Below are positions 42,383-50,496 of a DNA stretch of 64,000 nucleotides, in pieces. Where the stretch lies: IMG/VR virus record IMGVR_UViG_3300045988_168409; one strand, 5' to 3'. The notes beneath the pieces are model-generated. The model had not been told where the DNA came from. It did no database searches and saw only the letters and a list, made by a program, of their open reading frames with translations. The stretch is from a virus. A program made the translations under genes and the position numbers. Position 1 is the stretch's first letter; each line of letters begins with the position of its first letter.

Positions 42383-42634
42383 ATGGCAAGGCTGATTGAT
42401 GCAAAAGCCGAAGAATCGCAGGTCAAGACCGCATTCAAATACAATCCGGTCATTATGGGGCAGTTCTTACGTTGGATAAGGATGCAGGACACAGTTGCCG
42501 CCGTCCCCGTCTCCGAACTTCTTTCACTCCGCGCCAACCTGTACGAAGATAATCTTATCACAATGCGAGGACTGCGCGATCTCAACATGCTGATCGCCAA
42601 ATACGAAGGAGGGAAAGACCATGCGGTTGGTTGA
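42383..42634 (+). CDS. Hypothetical protein, paralog 1 of a tandem trio
   Basis: 83 aa; MARLIDA...TMRGLRDLNMLIAKYEGGKDHA. Confidence 0.5.
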   Translation: MARLIDAKAEESQVKTAFKYNPVIMGQFLRWIRMQDTVAAVPVSELLSLRANLYEDNLITMRGLRDLNMLIAKYEGGKDHAVG

Positions 42635-42863
42635 CGCTGACGATCTGCTTGCTGAATACGACCGGCAGCACGAAGGAGAGCCGGGGAAAGCCCGAAAACT
42701 GATAGAGGATGCGCCCACCGTTGCCGCTGTTCCCGTGTCCAAAATCCTCGCCTTGCGCGACGCTCTCTACGAAGCCGATGCTGTCACAATGCGAGGACTG
42801 CGCAATCTCAATATGCTGATCGGCAAATATGAAGGAGGGAAAGACCATGCGCTTGATTGACGC
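42494..42863 (+). repeat. Imperfect ~144-bp direct repeat (42494-42637 and 42720-42863)
   Basis: Both copies run from GTTGCCGC(C/T)GT to GGGAAAGACCATGCG(G/C)TTG(G/A)TTGACGC. Confidence 0.8.
42621..42860 (+). CDS. Hypothetical protein, paralog 2
   Basis: 79 aa; MRLVDA...TMRGLRNLNMLIGKYEGGKDHA. Confidence 0.5.
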   Translation: MRLVDADDLLAEYDRQHEGEPGKARKLIEDAPTVAAVPVSKILALRDALYEADAVTMRGLRNLNMLIGKYEGGKDHALD

Positions 42864-43152
42864 AGAAAGCCCGCAGAACGGAATATACGTTTCCGATCTC
42901 GTAATCGAGGAAATGAAAAAGATTCCGACGGTCGATATTGACCGCCCCACCCGCAGCCAGTTTAAGCGCATGGCGGTGCAGCTTGGGTATGAGGCGGTGA
43001 TTTATTGCCGCGAGTGCAAAGAACATAGACTTTTTAATGGGCGCGATATGTGCGCAAAAAACGCAACAATCCTTGACGGGCACGAAGTTGGGCTGAGAGC
43101 AACACGCGCGGATTTCTATTGCGCCGACGGAGAAAGGAGAACCGATGAGTAA
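42847..43152 (+). CDS. Hypothetical protein, paralog 3 (N-terminus only shared)
   Basis: 101 aa; MRLIDAESP... Confidence 0.5.
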   Translation: MRLIDAESPQNGIYVSDLVIEEMKKIPTVDIDRPTRSQFKRMAVQLGYEAVIYCRECKEHRLFNGRDMCAKNATILDGHEVGLRATRADFYCADGERRTDE

Positions 43153-43720
43153 AGCAGTAATGTTAAGCATCCAGCCGCGCTGGTGCGAGCTGATTGCCGC
43201 TGGGGAAAAGACGATGGAAGTGCGCAAGACACGCCCGAAGTTGGAAACGCCGTTTAAGGTGTATGTCTACTGCTCGAAGCCGCGATTTGAACACGAGGAT
43301 TTCTTTGCGCTGGTGGGAAAACAAGGCTTTCATGGCGGCGGGAAAGTTATTGGTGAGTTGGTGTGCGACCGAATTGACTGGCTGGCGCGTGTTGGCTTCA
43401 CCAGACGTGGCGGAGAACCGGAATATCGAATTGCAAATAACGGAGATTGGGAATCTCCAATCGATCGACTCCTCGAAGAGGCGTGCTTAACAGAGGAGGA
43501 GCTCTATGCGTATTTGGGCGGAAACCCAGGGTTCGGCTGGCATATCTCCGATCTGAAAATCTACGACAAGCCGAAAGAAATATCTGAGTTCAAGAAACAT
43601 AGCAGAGAATGTTACTTTGACAATCTCGGCATGGCAACGCCGAAGTGTTCAGAATGTACGCAGTGTAATCTCACGAGACCGCCGCAGAGCTATTGTTTTG
43701 TGGAGGCTCTTCAAACATGA
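43145..43720 (+). CDS. ASCH (PUA-like) domain protein
   Basis: 191 aa; MSKAVMLSIQPRWCELIAAGEKTMEVRKT... Confidence 0.65.
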   Translation: MSKAVMLSIQPRWCELIAAGEKTMEVRKTRPKLETPFKVYVYCSKPRFEHEDFFALVGKQGFHGGGKVIGELVCDRIDWLARVGFTRRGGEPEYRIANNGDWESPIDRLLEEACLTEEELYAYLGGNPGFGWHISDLKIYDKPKEISEFKKHSRECYFDNLGMATPKCSECTQCNLTRPPQSYCFVEALQT

Positions 43721-44205
43721 CGCCAGAGGAACTGTATGAAGAAAATCAGTCGCTTGTTTGGTTTACTTTGAAAAAGTATTTCCCGAGTCTTAAAGTTGAC
43801 GAAGATGTTCTACAAGTGTGCAGGATAGGGCTATGGCAGGCGTGTGCGGAATACTATCCGGAAAAAGGCGCTAAATTCTCAACATTTGCGGTCAAGGGCA
43901 TTTTCATGGCGGTGTGCCGATATATTCGAGATTGCTGCAAGCCGCAGATCGCGGCACTGCCGTTAGATGATTTCGTTTCGCCGAATAGCCGATTACTTGT
44001 CGAGGAAACTGTCGGGAAGGAGGACGAGCACCCGGCGCTCGAAGACATGATGAAGCGGCTTACGCCCACGCAACGGCTTATGGTTACTATGCGCAGCGCT
44101 GAGCTGTCTGTTTATGATATTGGCGACGCACTTGGATGTACGCCACAGTACGTTTCGCAGGAACTTGGGCGCGCCAGAAAGACAATCGAGAAATTTTTAA
44201 AATAG
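43717..44205 (+). CDS. Phage sigma-70-family factor (regions 2 and 4 only)
   Basis: 162 aa from ATG 43717; ...LQVCRIGLWQACAEYYPEKGAKFSTFAVKGIFMAVCRYIRD... and ...LSVYDIGDALGCTPQYVSQELGRARKTI. Confidence 0.65.
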   Translation: MTPEELYEENQSLVWFTLKKYFPSLKVDEDVLQVCRIGLWQACAEYYPEKGAKFSTFAVKGIFMAVCRYIRDCCKPQIAALPLDDFVSPNSRLLVEETVGKEDEHPALEDMMKRLTPTQRLMVTMRSAELSVYDIGDALGCTPQYVSQELGRARKTIEKFLK

Positions 44206-44234
44206 AGGGGGGCGATTTTCGCCCTCTTCTTTCT
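44205..44234 (+). terminator. Terminator of the rightward accessory operon
   Basis: 11-bp stem (two G.U) GAGGGGGGCGA/TCGCCCTCTTC followed by T-rich run. Confidence 0.55.
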
Positions 44235-44250
44235 ACGATCAACGCAAAAA

Positions 44251-44302
44251 TTTTTAATGCGATTTTTAATGTAAGATTTGAAATATTTGAAAGATTTGAA
44301 AT
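44251..44302. repeat. Short direct repeats in the att arm (candidate arm-type integrase sites)
   Basis: TTTTTAATG at 44251 and 44263; ATTTGAAA at 44276, 44285 and 44294 (9-bp phasing). Confidence 0.6.
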
Positions 44303-44335
44303 CGGCAGCTCTCGAAAAAGGGCGCGGCGAGATAA

Positions 44336-44381
44336 AGAAAAAAGCTCAAAACCCCTTGAAAATAAAGGATTTTGAGCTTTT
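44336..44381. terminator. Hairpin with flanking A/T runs immediately 3' of the tRNA fragment
   Basis: AAAGCTCAAAA ... TTTTGAGCTTT (11 bp), 18-nt loop. Confidence 0.6.
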
Positions 44382-44387
44382 ACTCGC

Positions 44388-44431
44388 TGGCAGCGGGAGA
44401 AGGATTCGAACCCTCACATACGGAGTCAGAG
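44388..44431 (-). tRNA. Partial tRNA-Gln(CUG)-like 3' half (att core), not a complete gene
   Basis: Minus strand: CTCTGAC-TCCGT-ATGT-GAGGG-TTCGAAT-CCTTC-TCCCGCT-G-CCA (anticodon loop, 3' anticodon stem, T arm, 3' acceptor, CCA); no matching 5' half upstream. Confidence 0.7.
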
Positions 44432-44496
44432 TACGATGACGAATCCGATAAAAACTGTTGAAAATCAGTGCTTTTGCTGGTTGTCAATTATTTTTT

Positions 44497-45711
44497 TCAT
44501 GTAGTTTTTATTGCTGAGTCCATTAAGTCGCGCGCGGACATGGCATCTTCGACAGTTGCGTCAGTATATACGTTTGCTGTCACAGAAATATCGCTGTGAC
44601 CCATGATCGCCTTTGCTATATTGATTGGCACCCCGGCGCGCTGCAGATCTGTACCGTAGGTATGCCGCAGACAATACAGAACAAGATCGGGAGCAATTTT
44701 GTGGCCATTCTTCGGGTTCCCGGCGTTGTCCGGATACAACGGTTTCCCATCCTTATCAAGGTCCTTCGGGTCGTAGATATGGCCGTGCGCTGTCATTTCG
44801 GCGCCCATGGCAATATCCATCTGCCGGGAGAAACTGCGCCAGTTGTTTGTCATCACCGTCTGCGTCATCATGGATTTACCGTCTTCCTGCGTAAAAACAA
44901 AGTCGTCCTGGTCTTTCCCGCTAATGTGGCGTTCCAGATCGGCATAAATGTCCGAAGGAATAGGAACATACCGGTCTCCGGCAGACGTTTTCGGCGTCGC
45001 AATTACAGTGGTTCCGGACTCGACGGCTTCGCAAACGTGAATAAGCCGCGTTTCCATATCCAGATGGCGCACACGAAGTGCGGCGCACTCGCCGGGGCGC
45101 AGACCCGTGCGCATGAGAAAACGAATCCATAGGCTACAGCGGTGCGTCTTCGCCACTTGCATAAGAACGGCGCGTTCCTCGGCGGTAAGCGAGCGGCGAT
45201 TTTCGACAGTGGCAGACGCGGGAATGGTGAGCTTAATGGTCGGGTCAAAGGGGATTATGCGAGAAAAGGCAGCCTGCGAGAACATGGCGCGCAGGATCAT
45301 CCGCACTTTTTTCGCGTGGGACTCAGACATTTCCGCCTGCTGATTCAGCACGCCTTGCAGCATCGTGTCGGTGACGCTGCGCAGCTTTTTACCTCGAAGC
45401 GCCGGGATAATATATCCGTTGATCTTGTCCTCATACATCTCATAGCTTTTTTGCGTCATGGTGCCTTTTTTCTTCGGCTGTCCAGGTTTGCGGACTTTGG
45501 GTTTAACGTAGGTGGTCAGCCATGTATCGGCCCAATCCTCGATCGTGCAGTTTGCACCTTTCGTTAATTCCGCGCGCCGGACGGCTTCTTTCTTTGCGGC
45601 GAGTTTTTCCATCGCCTCGGCTTCCGTCTTTCCGCATACTATGTATTGCTTCCCGTCGGCGACAAACGATTTTCGGATATACTTGTATTCTTTTGAACCG
45701 CTCTTAGGCAT
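44497..45711 (-). CDS. int: Tyrosine integrase
   Basis: 404 aa; ...MRTGLRPGECAAL..., ...YCLRHTYGTDL..., ...MGHSDISVTANVYTD. Confidence 0.9.
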   Translation of the reverse strand: MPKSGSKEYKYIRKSFVADGKQYIVCGKTEAEAMEKLAAKKEAVRRAELTKGANCTIEDWADTWLTTYVKPKVRKPGQPKKKGTMTQKSYEMYEDKINGYIIPALRGKKLRSVTDTMLQGVLNQQAEMSESHAKKVRMILRAMFSQAAFSRIIPFDPTIKLTIPASATVENRRSLTAEERAVLMQVAKTHRCSLWIRFLMRTGLRPGECAALRVRHLDMETRLIHVCEAVESGTTVIATPKTSAGDRYVPIPSDIYADLERHISGKDQDDFVFTQEDGKSMMTQTVMTNNWRSFSRQMDIAMGAEMTAHGHIYDPKDLDKDGKPLYPDNAGNPKNGHKIAPDLVLYCLRHTYGTDLQRAGVPINIAKAIMGHSDISVTANVYTDATVEDAMSARDLMDSAIKTT

Positions 45712-45723
45712 GGTTGGTTCCTT

Positions 45724-46320
45724 TCAGGGGTCTTGACCTTTGCTTTCTTCCTTTTTCCAGTGTGCGCGGCTACCGAGATTGGCTATGATGGCGACAATGC
45801 ATATTACGGCGGATATCACGATCAGCAGAACGCCTGCTGTGGACATCGGTGTCCACTCGCCGCGGAAGAAGCCAATATGATGGTTATTCATGTCCATTAC
45901 GGTATTTCGGATAAGCAGTATCAGAGAAAGGATGGATATAACGGCAATATAAAGGTTTTTCTTTTCAACCACTTTGCGGAGAAATACGTTGTTTCTTTCC
46001 AGATATTTGTTCTTTAGCTGCAACAACTCGATCTTGTGAGCAGCCTGGTCGGTTTCCGGACCGGTCGGAGACTCTTTGGAAATGTCGAAAAAACTGTCGG
46101 CAGACATACCGAACAACTTACATAGGACGATAAAATAAACTGTGCTGGAGTTGCTGCTTTTCAATCCGAGGAATCGCTCGGCGGTGGATTTCGGAATACC
46201 CGTCTGATCGACAATTTTCTGGTAAGATAAACTTCGCCTGTCTTTTTCGTCTGCCATAATCTTTTGGGCGACTTCCAACTGCTCCTGTGTCTGGCAAACG
46301 AGATTTTCTAATTCTTCCAT
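45724..46320 (-). CDS. Membrane-anchored XRE-type HTH protein
   Basis: 198 aa from ATG 46320; HTH ...SYQKIVDQTGIPKSTAERFL..., two C-terminal TM segments. Confidence 0.6.
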   Translation of the reverse strand: MEELENLVCQTQEQLEVAQKIMADEKDRRSLSYQKIVDQTGIPKSTAERFLGLKSSNSSTVYFIVLCKLFGMSADSFFDISKESPTGPETDQAAHKIELLQLKNKYLERNNVFLRKVVEKKNLYIAVISILSLILLIRNTVMDMNNHHIGFFRGEWTPMSTAGVLLIVISAVICIVAIIANLGSRAHWKKEESKGQDP

Positions 46321-46639
46321 GAATCCTCTACCTCGTAGCATTATTTCTGCGATTTGAACCCGTTTTTGGGAATTAACCGAACGGCTTCTTCACATTGGGG
46401 CGGAAAAGCTGTGTTTTGGGGTTGGACAAATCGCACGAGCATCTGCTACGCTTAATACGCAGCAGACAACAGGGCTTTTTACGTTGTCTCTGCTGGCGTC
46501 GCCGCCGGTGACGCGGCGGCGGAACCTTTTCAAAAAAACTATTGCCACGGCAAAATTCGCCTGATAAGATACTAAGTACGGAATATCGGACTCCGGATAC
46601 TGTATGATGATATTATCAAGACATAAAGGAGGCTTCCCC

Positions 46640-46846
46640 TTGGACTACGATCAGGTTATCCTGCGCCTTTTCCATCAGCTTGACGAAGAACAGAAAGAGA
46701 TCTTCATTTCCGCCATTAAAAAGGCCGCTGCGAAAGATCCGAAATATCAGGCGCTGATGCGCTTCAACGAGAACCGTTCTTTGCCTCCTCTTGGCGCTGC
46801 ATCTGCTGAAGCAGCGGGATCAGAGCCGCTTTCGTCTCATCCGTGA
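46640..46846 (+). CDS. Small hypothetical protein (convergent with, and overlapping, the repressor gene)
   Basis: 68 aa from TTG 46640 (AGGAGG 7 nt upstream); helical N part looks genuine, last ~25 codons overlap cI-like 3' end. Confidence 0.3.
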   Translation: MDYDQVILRLFHQLDEEQKEIFISAIKKAAAKDPKYQALMRFNENRSLPPLGAASAEAAGSEPLSSHP

Positions 46847-47123
46847 TATTTCCCAGTATCTCCATAATAATACGATCATACTTACTGCCCTCGCCGGCTT
46901 CGGCGGGGGCTTTTTCATCGGTTTCCCCCTTCAGGTATTCCGGTGAAGTGCCAAGAATTTTCGCTACAATTTGTATTTGTTTCTCGTTAGGAGAAGACTT
47001 CCCGGCCTTCCAATCATGGCAGATGGACGCGGTGCGGTCGAGCTTTTGGGCAATAAAGGATTTAGACACGCCTTTTTCTTCGCGCAATGCCTCGAATCTG
47101 TTGAAATCGAACAATTCATTCAT
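46764..47123 (-). CDS. cI-like XRE-family repressor (no peptidase domain)
   Basis: 119 aa; ...KGVSKSFIAQKLDRTASICHDWKAGKSSP... Confidence 0.75.
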   Translation of the reverse strand: MNELFDFNRFEALREEKGVSKSFIAQKLDRTASICHDWKAGKSSPNEKQIQIVAKILGTSPEYLKGETDEKAPAEAGEGSKYDRIIMEILGNITDETKAALIPLLQQMQRQEEAKNGSR

Positions 47124-47170
47124 CTCCTTTCGGTCAATACGCTAAAATCCAAAAAGTTGCGGATTTCATA

Positions 47171-47199
47171 TTGACTATCTAAAAGATTTTAGATATAAT
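47171..47199 (+). promoter_or_regulatory. PR-like promoter with palindromic operator in the spacer
   Basis: TTGACT -17- TATAAT; spacer contains ATCTAAAA-GA-TTTTAGAT; further AAGATTTT half-sites up to 47300. Confidence 0.65.
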
Positions 47200-47302
47200 C
47201 CACTTGTACTCGAAAGAGAGAAAACCCTTGAGAACAAAGAAGATTTTCTATTTGCATCGTATCTCACAGGGATTTTTTTGTCAAGGAAAATCTTAATTAT
47301 GT

Positions 47303-47620
47303 ATGGAGGATTCCATGATGGACCTGAGAGAACGCCGGGAAAAAATCGGCATCAGCATATCGAACGTCTCTCGCATTTGCGGTTTTCCGCCGTCTGCGTT
47401 GACAGCTTACGAAAAAGGGCTTTACGGCCCGCGCCCGGAGCGGGCTGCTGCTATGGCACTGCTGTACGGCTGCTCCGTGGAGGATCTGTATTACAGCGTT
47501 GAAGAGAGCCGACGAGCCGCCGTTAAGAAAGAAAACGATCTTCAATGCATTCTTCGGCTGCTTCCGAAAGCGAGCGACGATACGAAAAAGCAGGTCCGCT
47601 TGCTTCTGGAAAACGCCTGA
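47303..47620 (+). CDS. Cro-like XRE-family regulator
   Basis: 105 aa; ...IGISISNVSRICGFPPSALTAYEKG... Confidence 0.7.
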   Translation: MEDSMMDLRERREKIGISISNVSRICGFPPSALTAYEKGLYGPRPERAAAMALLYGCSVEDLYYSVEESRRAAVKKENDLQCILRLLPKASDDTKKQVRLLLENA

Positions 47621-47643
47621 GCCGCACGCTGGGAGGTGCTTTT

Positions 47644-47892
47644 ATGCCGCGACTGAAACGCACCGTTTATGCCAACTCACCGCAGGAGGTGGTTTTGGCG
47701 AACGATCTTGCGAAACGTTACAAAACGAGATACCTGTCGATCCCACAGATCCAGGCGGAGCTCGGCGTCAGCTATGGCACCGCCAAAAAGTGGCTTGCCG
47801 ACGTGACCTTTTATCAGATATGCGGCGGCCGGAAGTTCAGCGTCGAAGACGTGGCTAAGCATCTGGCGGAAGCCCAGCGGATAGGCGGATAA
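47644..47892 (+). CDS. HTH protein (excisionase/regulator-like)
   Basis: 82 aa from ATG 47644; ...LSIPQIQAELGVSYGTAKKWL... Confidence 0.5.
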   Translation: MPRLKRTVYANSPQEVVLANDLAKRYKTRYLSIPQIQAELGVSYGTAKKWLADVTFYQICGGRKFSVEDVAKHLAEAQRIGG

Positions 47893-47893
47893 G

Positions 47894-48154
47894 ATGAACA
47901 CTTACGAATTGGCGGAATTGACGGCAAAAGCGGCGGCTCTCGCTATTCTGAAAGCAACGTATGTTCATGTCCCAGTGCTTCGCAGACATGCCCCGAACGG
48001 TGGCTTCGCCATCCAATATGCAGACGAAGACAAGCCGGATTATATCGACTTCTGCCTTCACCACTGCCCCTATGCGAGCACCGAATGCTGCAACTGCCTC
48101 GCTACCGCCGGAAAAGCGAAGCCGGGACGGCCGAGAAAGACGGAATACATATGA
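47894..48154 (+). CDS. Hypothetical protein
   Basis: 86 aa. Confidence 0.45.
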   Translation: MNTYELAELTAKAAALAILKATYVHVPVLRRHAPNGGFAIQYADEDKPDYIDFCLHHCPYASTECCNCLATAGKAKPGRPRKTEYI

Positions 48155-48348
48155 CTCGAAAAGACTGCTCTTTTTGTCGCTGCCGGGCATGCAATAACCA
48201 CCGGCAGCAGAAATGCACGGCCTGTGCATCCGATCCATGCTCCGCCTGCTATCGCGGTTCGATGAAAGACAGCGATAAAGTACGAAACTGCCAATCATTC
48301 ATTCGGTCGTGGGTGGATAAGAAATACTTCAACCAAGATCGCCTCTGA
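48151..48348 (+). CDS. Cys-rich hypothetical protein
   Basis: 65 aa from ATG 48151; CSFCRCRAC...CTAC...CSAC. Confidence 0.45.
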   Translation: MTRKDCSFCRCRACNNHRQQKCTACASDPCSACYRGSMKDSDKVRNCQSFIRSWVDKKYFNQDRL

Positions 48349-48690
48349 GTTACGGCAGGGCTTTTTACCTTTCACCTGCCGGCTCTTTTGTATACCTCCT
48401 GAACTGCTGAGGTTAAAACCGCTATACAGCCAGCCGCATGGTTTCACGTCCTTTTGGTGCGGGTCCTTCTCCCTTTTTGCTATAAGCTGCAGCCCGTAAG
48501 AAGCAGCTCGCTTCGGCGCTCCGGTCTGGAATGGCGGCAGGGCACTTATATCCTCCGATAGTTTAACAGTAAAACGCCGTTCGAGCGGGCGGGATGTTCT
48601 TTGTCGCGTTACGCAAAAGGCGAGACGGAACGGAAGATGCGGGTGCAACTCCCGTAAGGAGGAGACTGCAACAGAATAATCGGAGGAAGC

Positions 48691-49326
48691 ATGCTTCAGT
48701 ATTTGCATTTTGAAGATCGTGAGACCTGGCTTGCCGGCCGCGTTGGTCTTGGCGCTTCGGACGCCGCCGCTGTGTGCGGCCTGAGCAAGTGGCAGACACC
48801 GCTCGGCCTTTGGGAGATAAAAACCGGCCGAAAAAAAGCTAAAGATTTATCCGGCAACGCAGCAGTTTCCTTTGGCGTCCGCGCAGAGCCCCATTTGCGC
48901 GGGCTTTTTTTAGCGGAACACCCGGAATACCGGCTTGAATATCACCCGTTCGACATTCTGTATCAGGAGGAGCGCCCGTGGCTTACGGCCACGCTGGACG
49001 GCGAGCTGATTACCGAAACCGGCGAACACGGCGCTTTGGAAATCAAAACTGCGCAATGCAGTTCCAAAGAGGATTGGGCGGAATGGCGCGACAGGATCCC
49101 GACGCACTATTACACGCAGATTTGCCACCAGTTCCTTGCCACAGGATATTCTTTCGCGTTCCTTTTTGCGCTTCTGACAGGGCTGGACGGCTCTTCCTCG
49201 CTGCGCACCTATTATTTCACGGCAGAAAGCTGCGCCGACGATATGGCGTGGCTTCTGGATAAAGAAGAAGCATTCTGGAAACGGGTACAGGCGGGGACGA
49301 TGCCTCCGGCTGTGCTGAAAATATGA
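48691..49326 (+). CDS. YqaJ-type (lambda Exo-like) recombination exonuclease
   Basis: 211 aa; ...GLGASDAAAVCGLSKWQTPLGLW..., ...ATLDGEL...GALEIKT... Confidence 0.8.
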   Translation: MLQYLHFEDRETWLAGRVGLGASDAAAVCGLSKWQTPLGLWEIKTGRKKAKDLSGNAAVSFGVRAEPHLRGLFLAEHPEYRLEYHPFDILYQEERPWLTATLDGELITETGEHGALEIKTAQCSSKEDWAEWRDRIPTHYYTQICHQFLATGYSFAFLFALLTGLDGSSSLRTYYFTAESCADDMAWLLDKEEAFWKRVQAGTMPPAVLKI

Positions 49327-49587
49327 TTGGGGGTATTTGCCATTAACATCGCAGGCCAGTTCAAAAAGAAGAACGGTTTCGGAGGCAAGGAGTATTACTA
49401 CCGCACGGACCTGCCCGTGCGCGTCGGCTCCGTGGTTGCAATTCCGACACCGCGCGGAAATTCGCCGTTTCTCGTAACGAGAACGGACGTTCCCGCAGTG
49501 GAGATCGATCCGGAATATCTCCATTGTCTCACAGAGGTCACGGAGCTTTATCCGATGATCGAAGCGGACATGGACACGCTGTTTTGA
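49327..49587 (+). CDS. Hypothetical protein
   Basis: 86 aa, TTG start abutting exo stop. Confidence 0.4.
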   Translation: MGVFAINIAGQFKKKNGFGGKEYYYRTDLPVRVGSVVAIPTPRGNSPFLVTRTDVPAVEIDPEYLHCLTEVTELYPMIEADMDTLF

Positions 49588-49599
49588 CGGAGGCGCACT

Positions 49600-50484
49600 A
49601 TGGCTAACATGATCGAATACGGCGTCACAAACGACGCGCTGACCGTTGCGAGCGAGCTGCATATCTGCACCAACTTCGCAGAGGTCAAAGAGTGGCTTAC
49701 GCAGGAGCTCGCGCCCTACGAGAGCATGATCGTCACTGAGGAAAGCATCGCCTCAGCCAAAACGCTCCGGGCAAACATCCGCAAAGTTGCGGACAGCATA
49801 AATCAGCAGAAGATCAGCGTGAAGAAGGCGTGGCTTGCGCCATTCACGACCTTTGAGGGCGAGAGCAAAGAGCTCTACGATCTTTGCCAGAAGAGCGTCA
49901 CAAATCTGGATGTTCAGATAAAGAACATGGAAAACGCCAAGCGCGAGGAAAAACTCGCCCGGCTGAAAACCGTGTTCGACGAGAACGCCGTCGGCATCAC
50001 GGATTATGTGACTTGGGATAGCATCGCATCCCCCAAATGGGGCAATGCGTCCGCAAGCGAAAAGGCGGCGGTCGAAGAGATCACCACCATTCTCCGGCAG
50101 GTGCGCGAGGATCTGGATACGATCCGGTCTCTGAACAGCGAATGGGAAGAGGCGCTTCTTGATGAATACGCCGCTACGCATAACGTCCGTGATGCCATCC
50201 AGAAGGAAAACGCGCTGAAAGCCCGCAAAGCCGCCGAAGAGGCACGCAAGGCGGCGGCAATACAGGAACACTTCGACGAGCCAAAAGTCGTTCAGGATGA
50301 GCCAGACGCACCTGTGGAGCCGCCTGCCGCTTTTGCGCCGCCTCCCGTCGTTCCCGTCGGATACGAGGAGCCGCCGAAGCCGAAGCTCTATCATTTGGAG
50401 TTCGCCGTCGATGTGACGATGGAACAGGCGCACGCGCTCAAGGCGTTTTTCACACAGAACCATATCGAATACCGAAAAATTTAA
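49600..50484 (+). CDS. DUF1351-like protein
   Basis: 294 aa; N-terminal region typical of DUF1351 proteins that accompany RecT in Firmicutes phages. Confidence 0.55.
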   Translation: MANMIEYGVTNDALTVASELHICTNFAEVKEWLTQELAPYESMIVTEESIASAKTLRANIRKVADSINQQKISVKKAWLAPFTTFEGESKELYDLCQKSVTNLDVQIKNMENAKREEKLARLKTVFDENAVGITDYVTWDSIASPKWGNASASEKAAVEEITTILRQVREDLDTIRSLNSEWEEALLDEYAATHNVRDAIQKENALKARKAAEEARKAAAIQEHFDEPKVVQDEPDAPVEPPAAFAPPPVVPVGYEEPPKPKLYHLEFAVDVTMEQAHALKAFFTQNHIEYRKI

Positions 50485-50496
50485 GGAGGCGTTTTT

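Noticed and set aside
44388-44470. Complete tRNA gene next to the integrase
   Set aside because: Only the anticodon loop to the CCA end is tRNA-like. The expected 5' acceptor strand (AGCGGGA) and D arm are absent from 44432-44470, so I call it an att core fragment.
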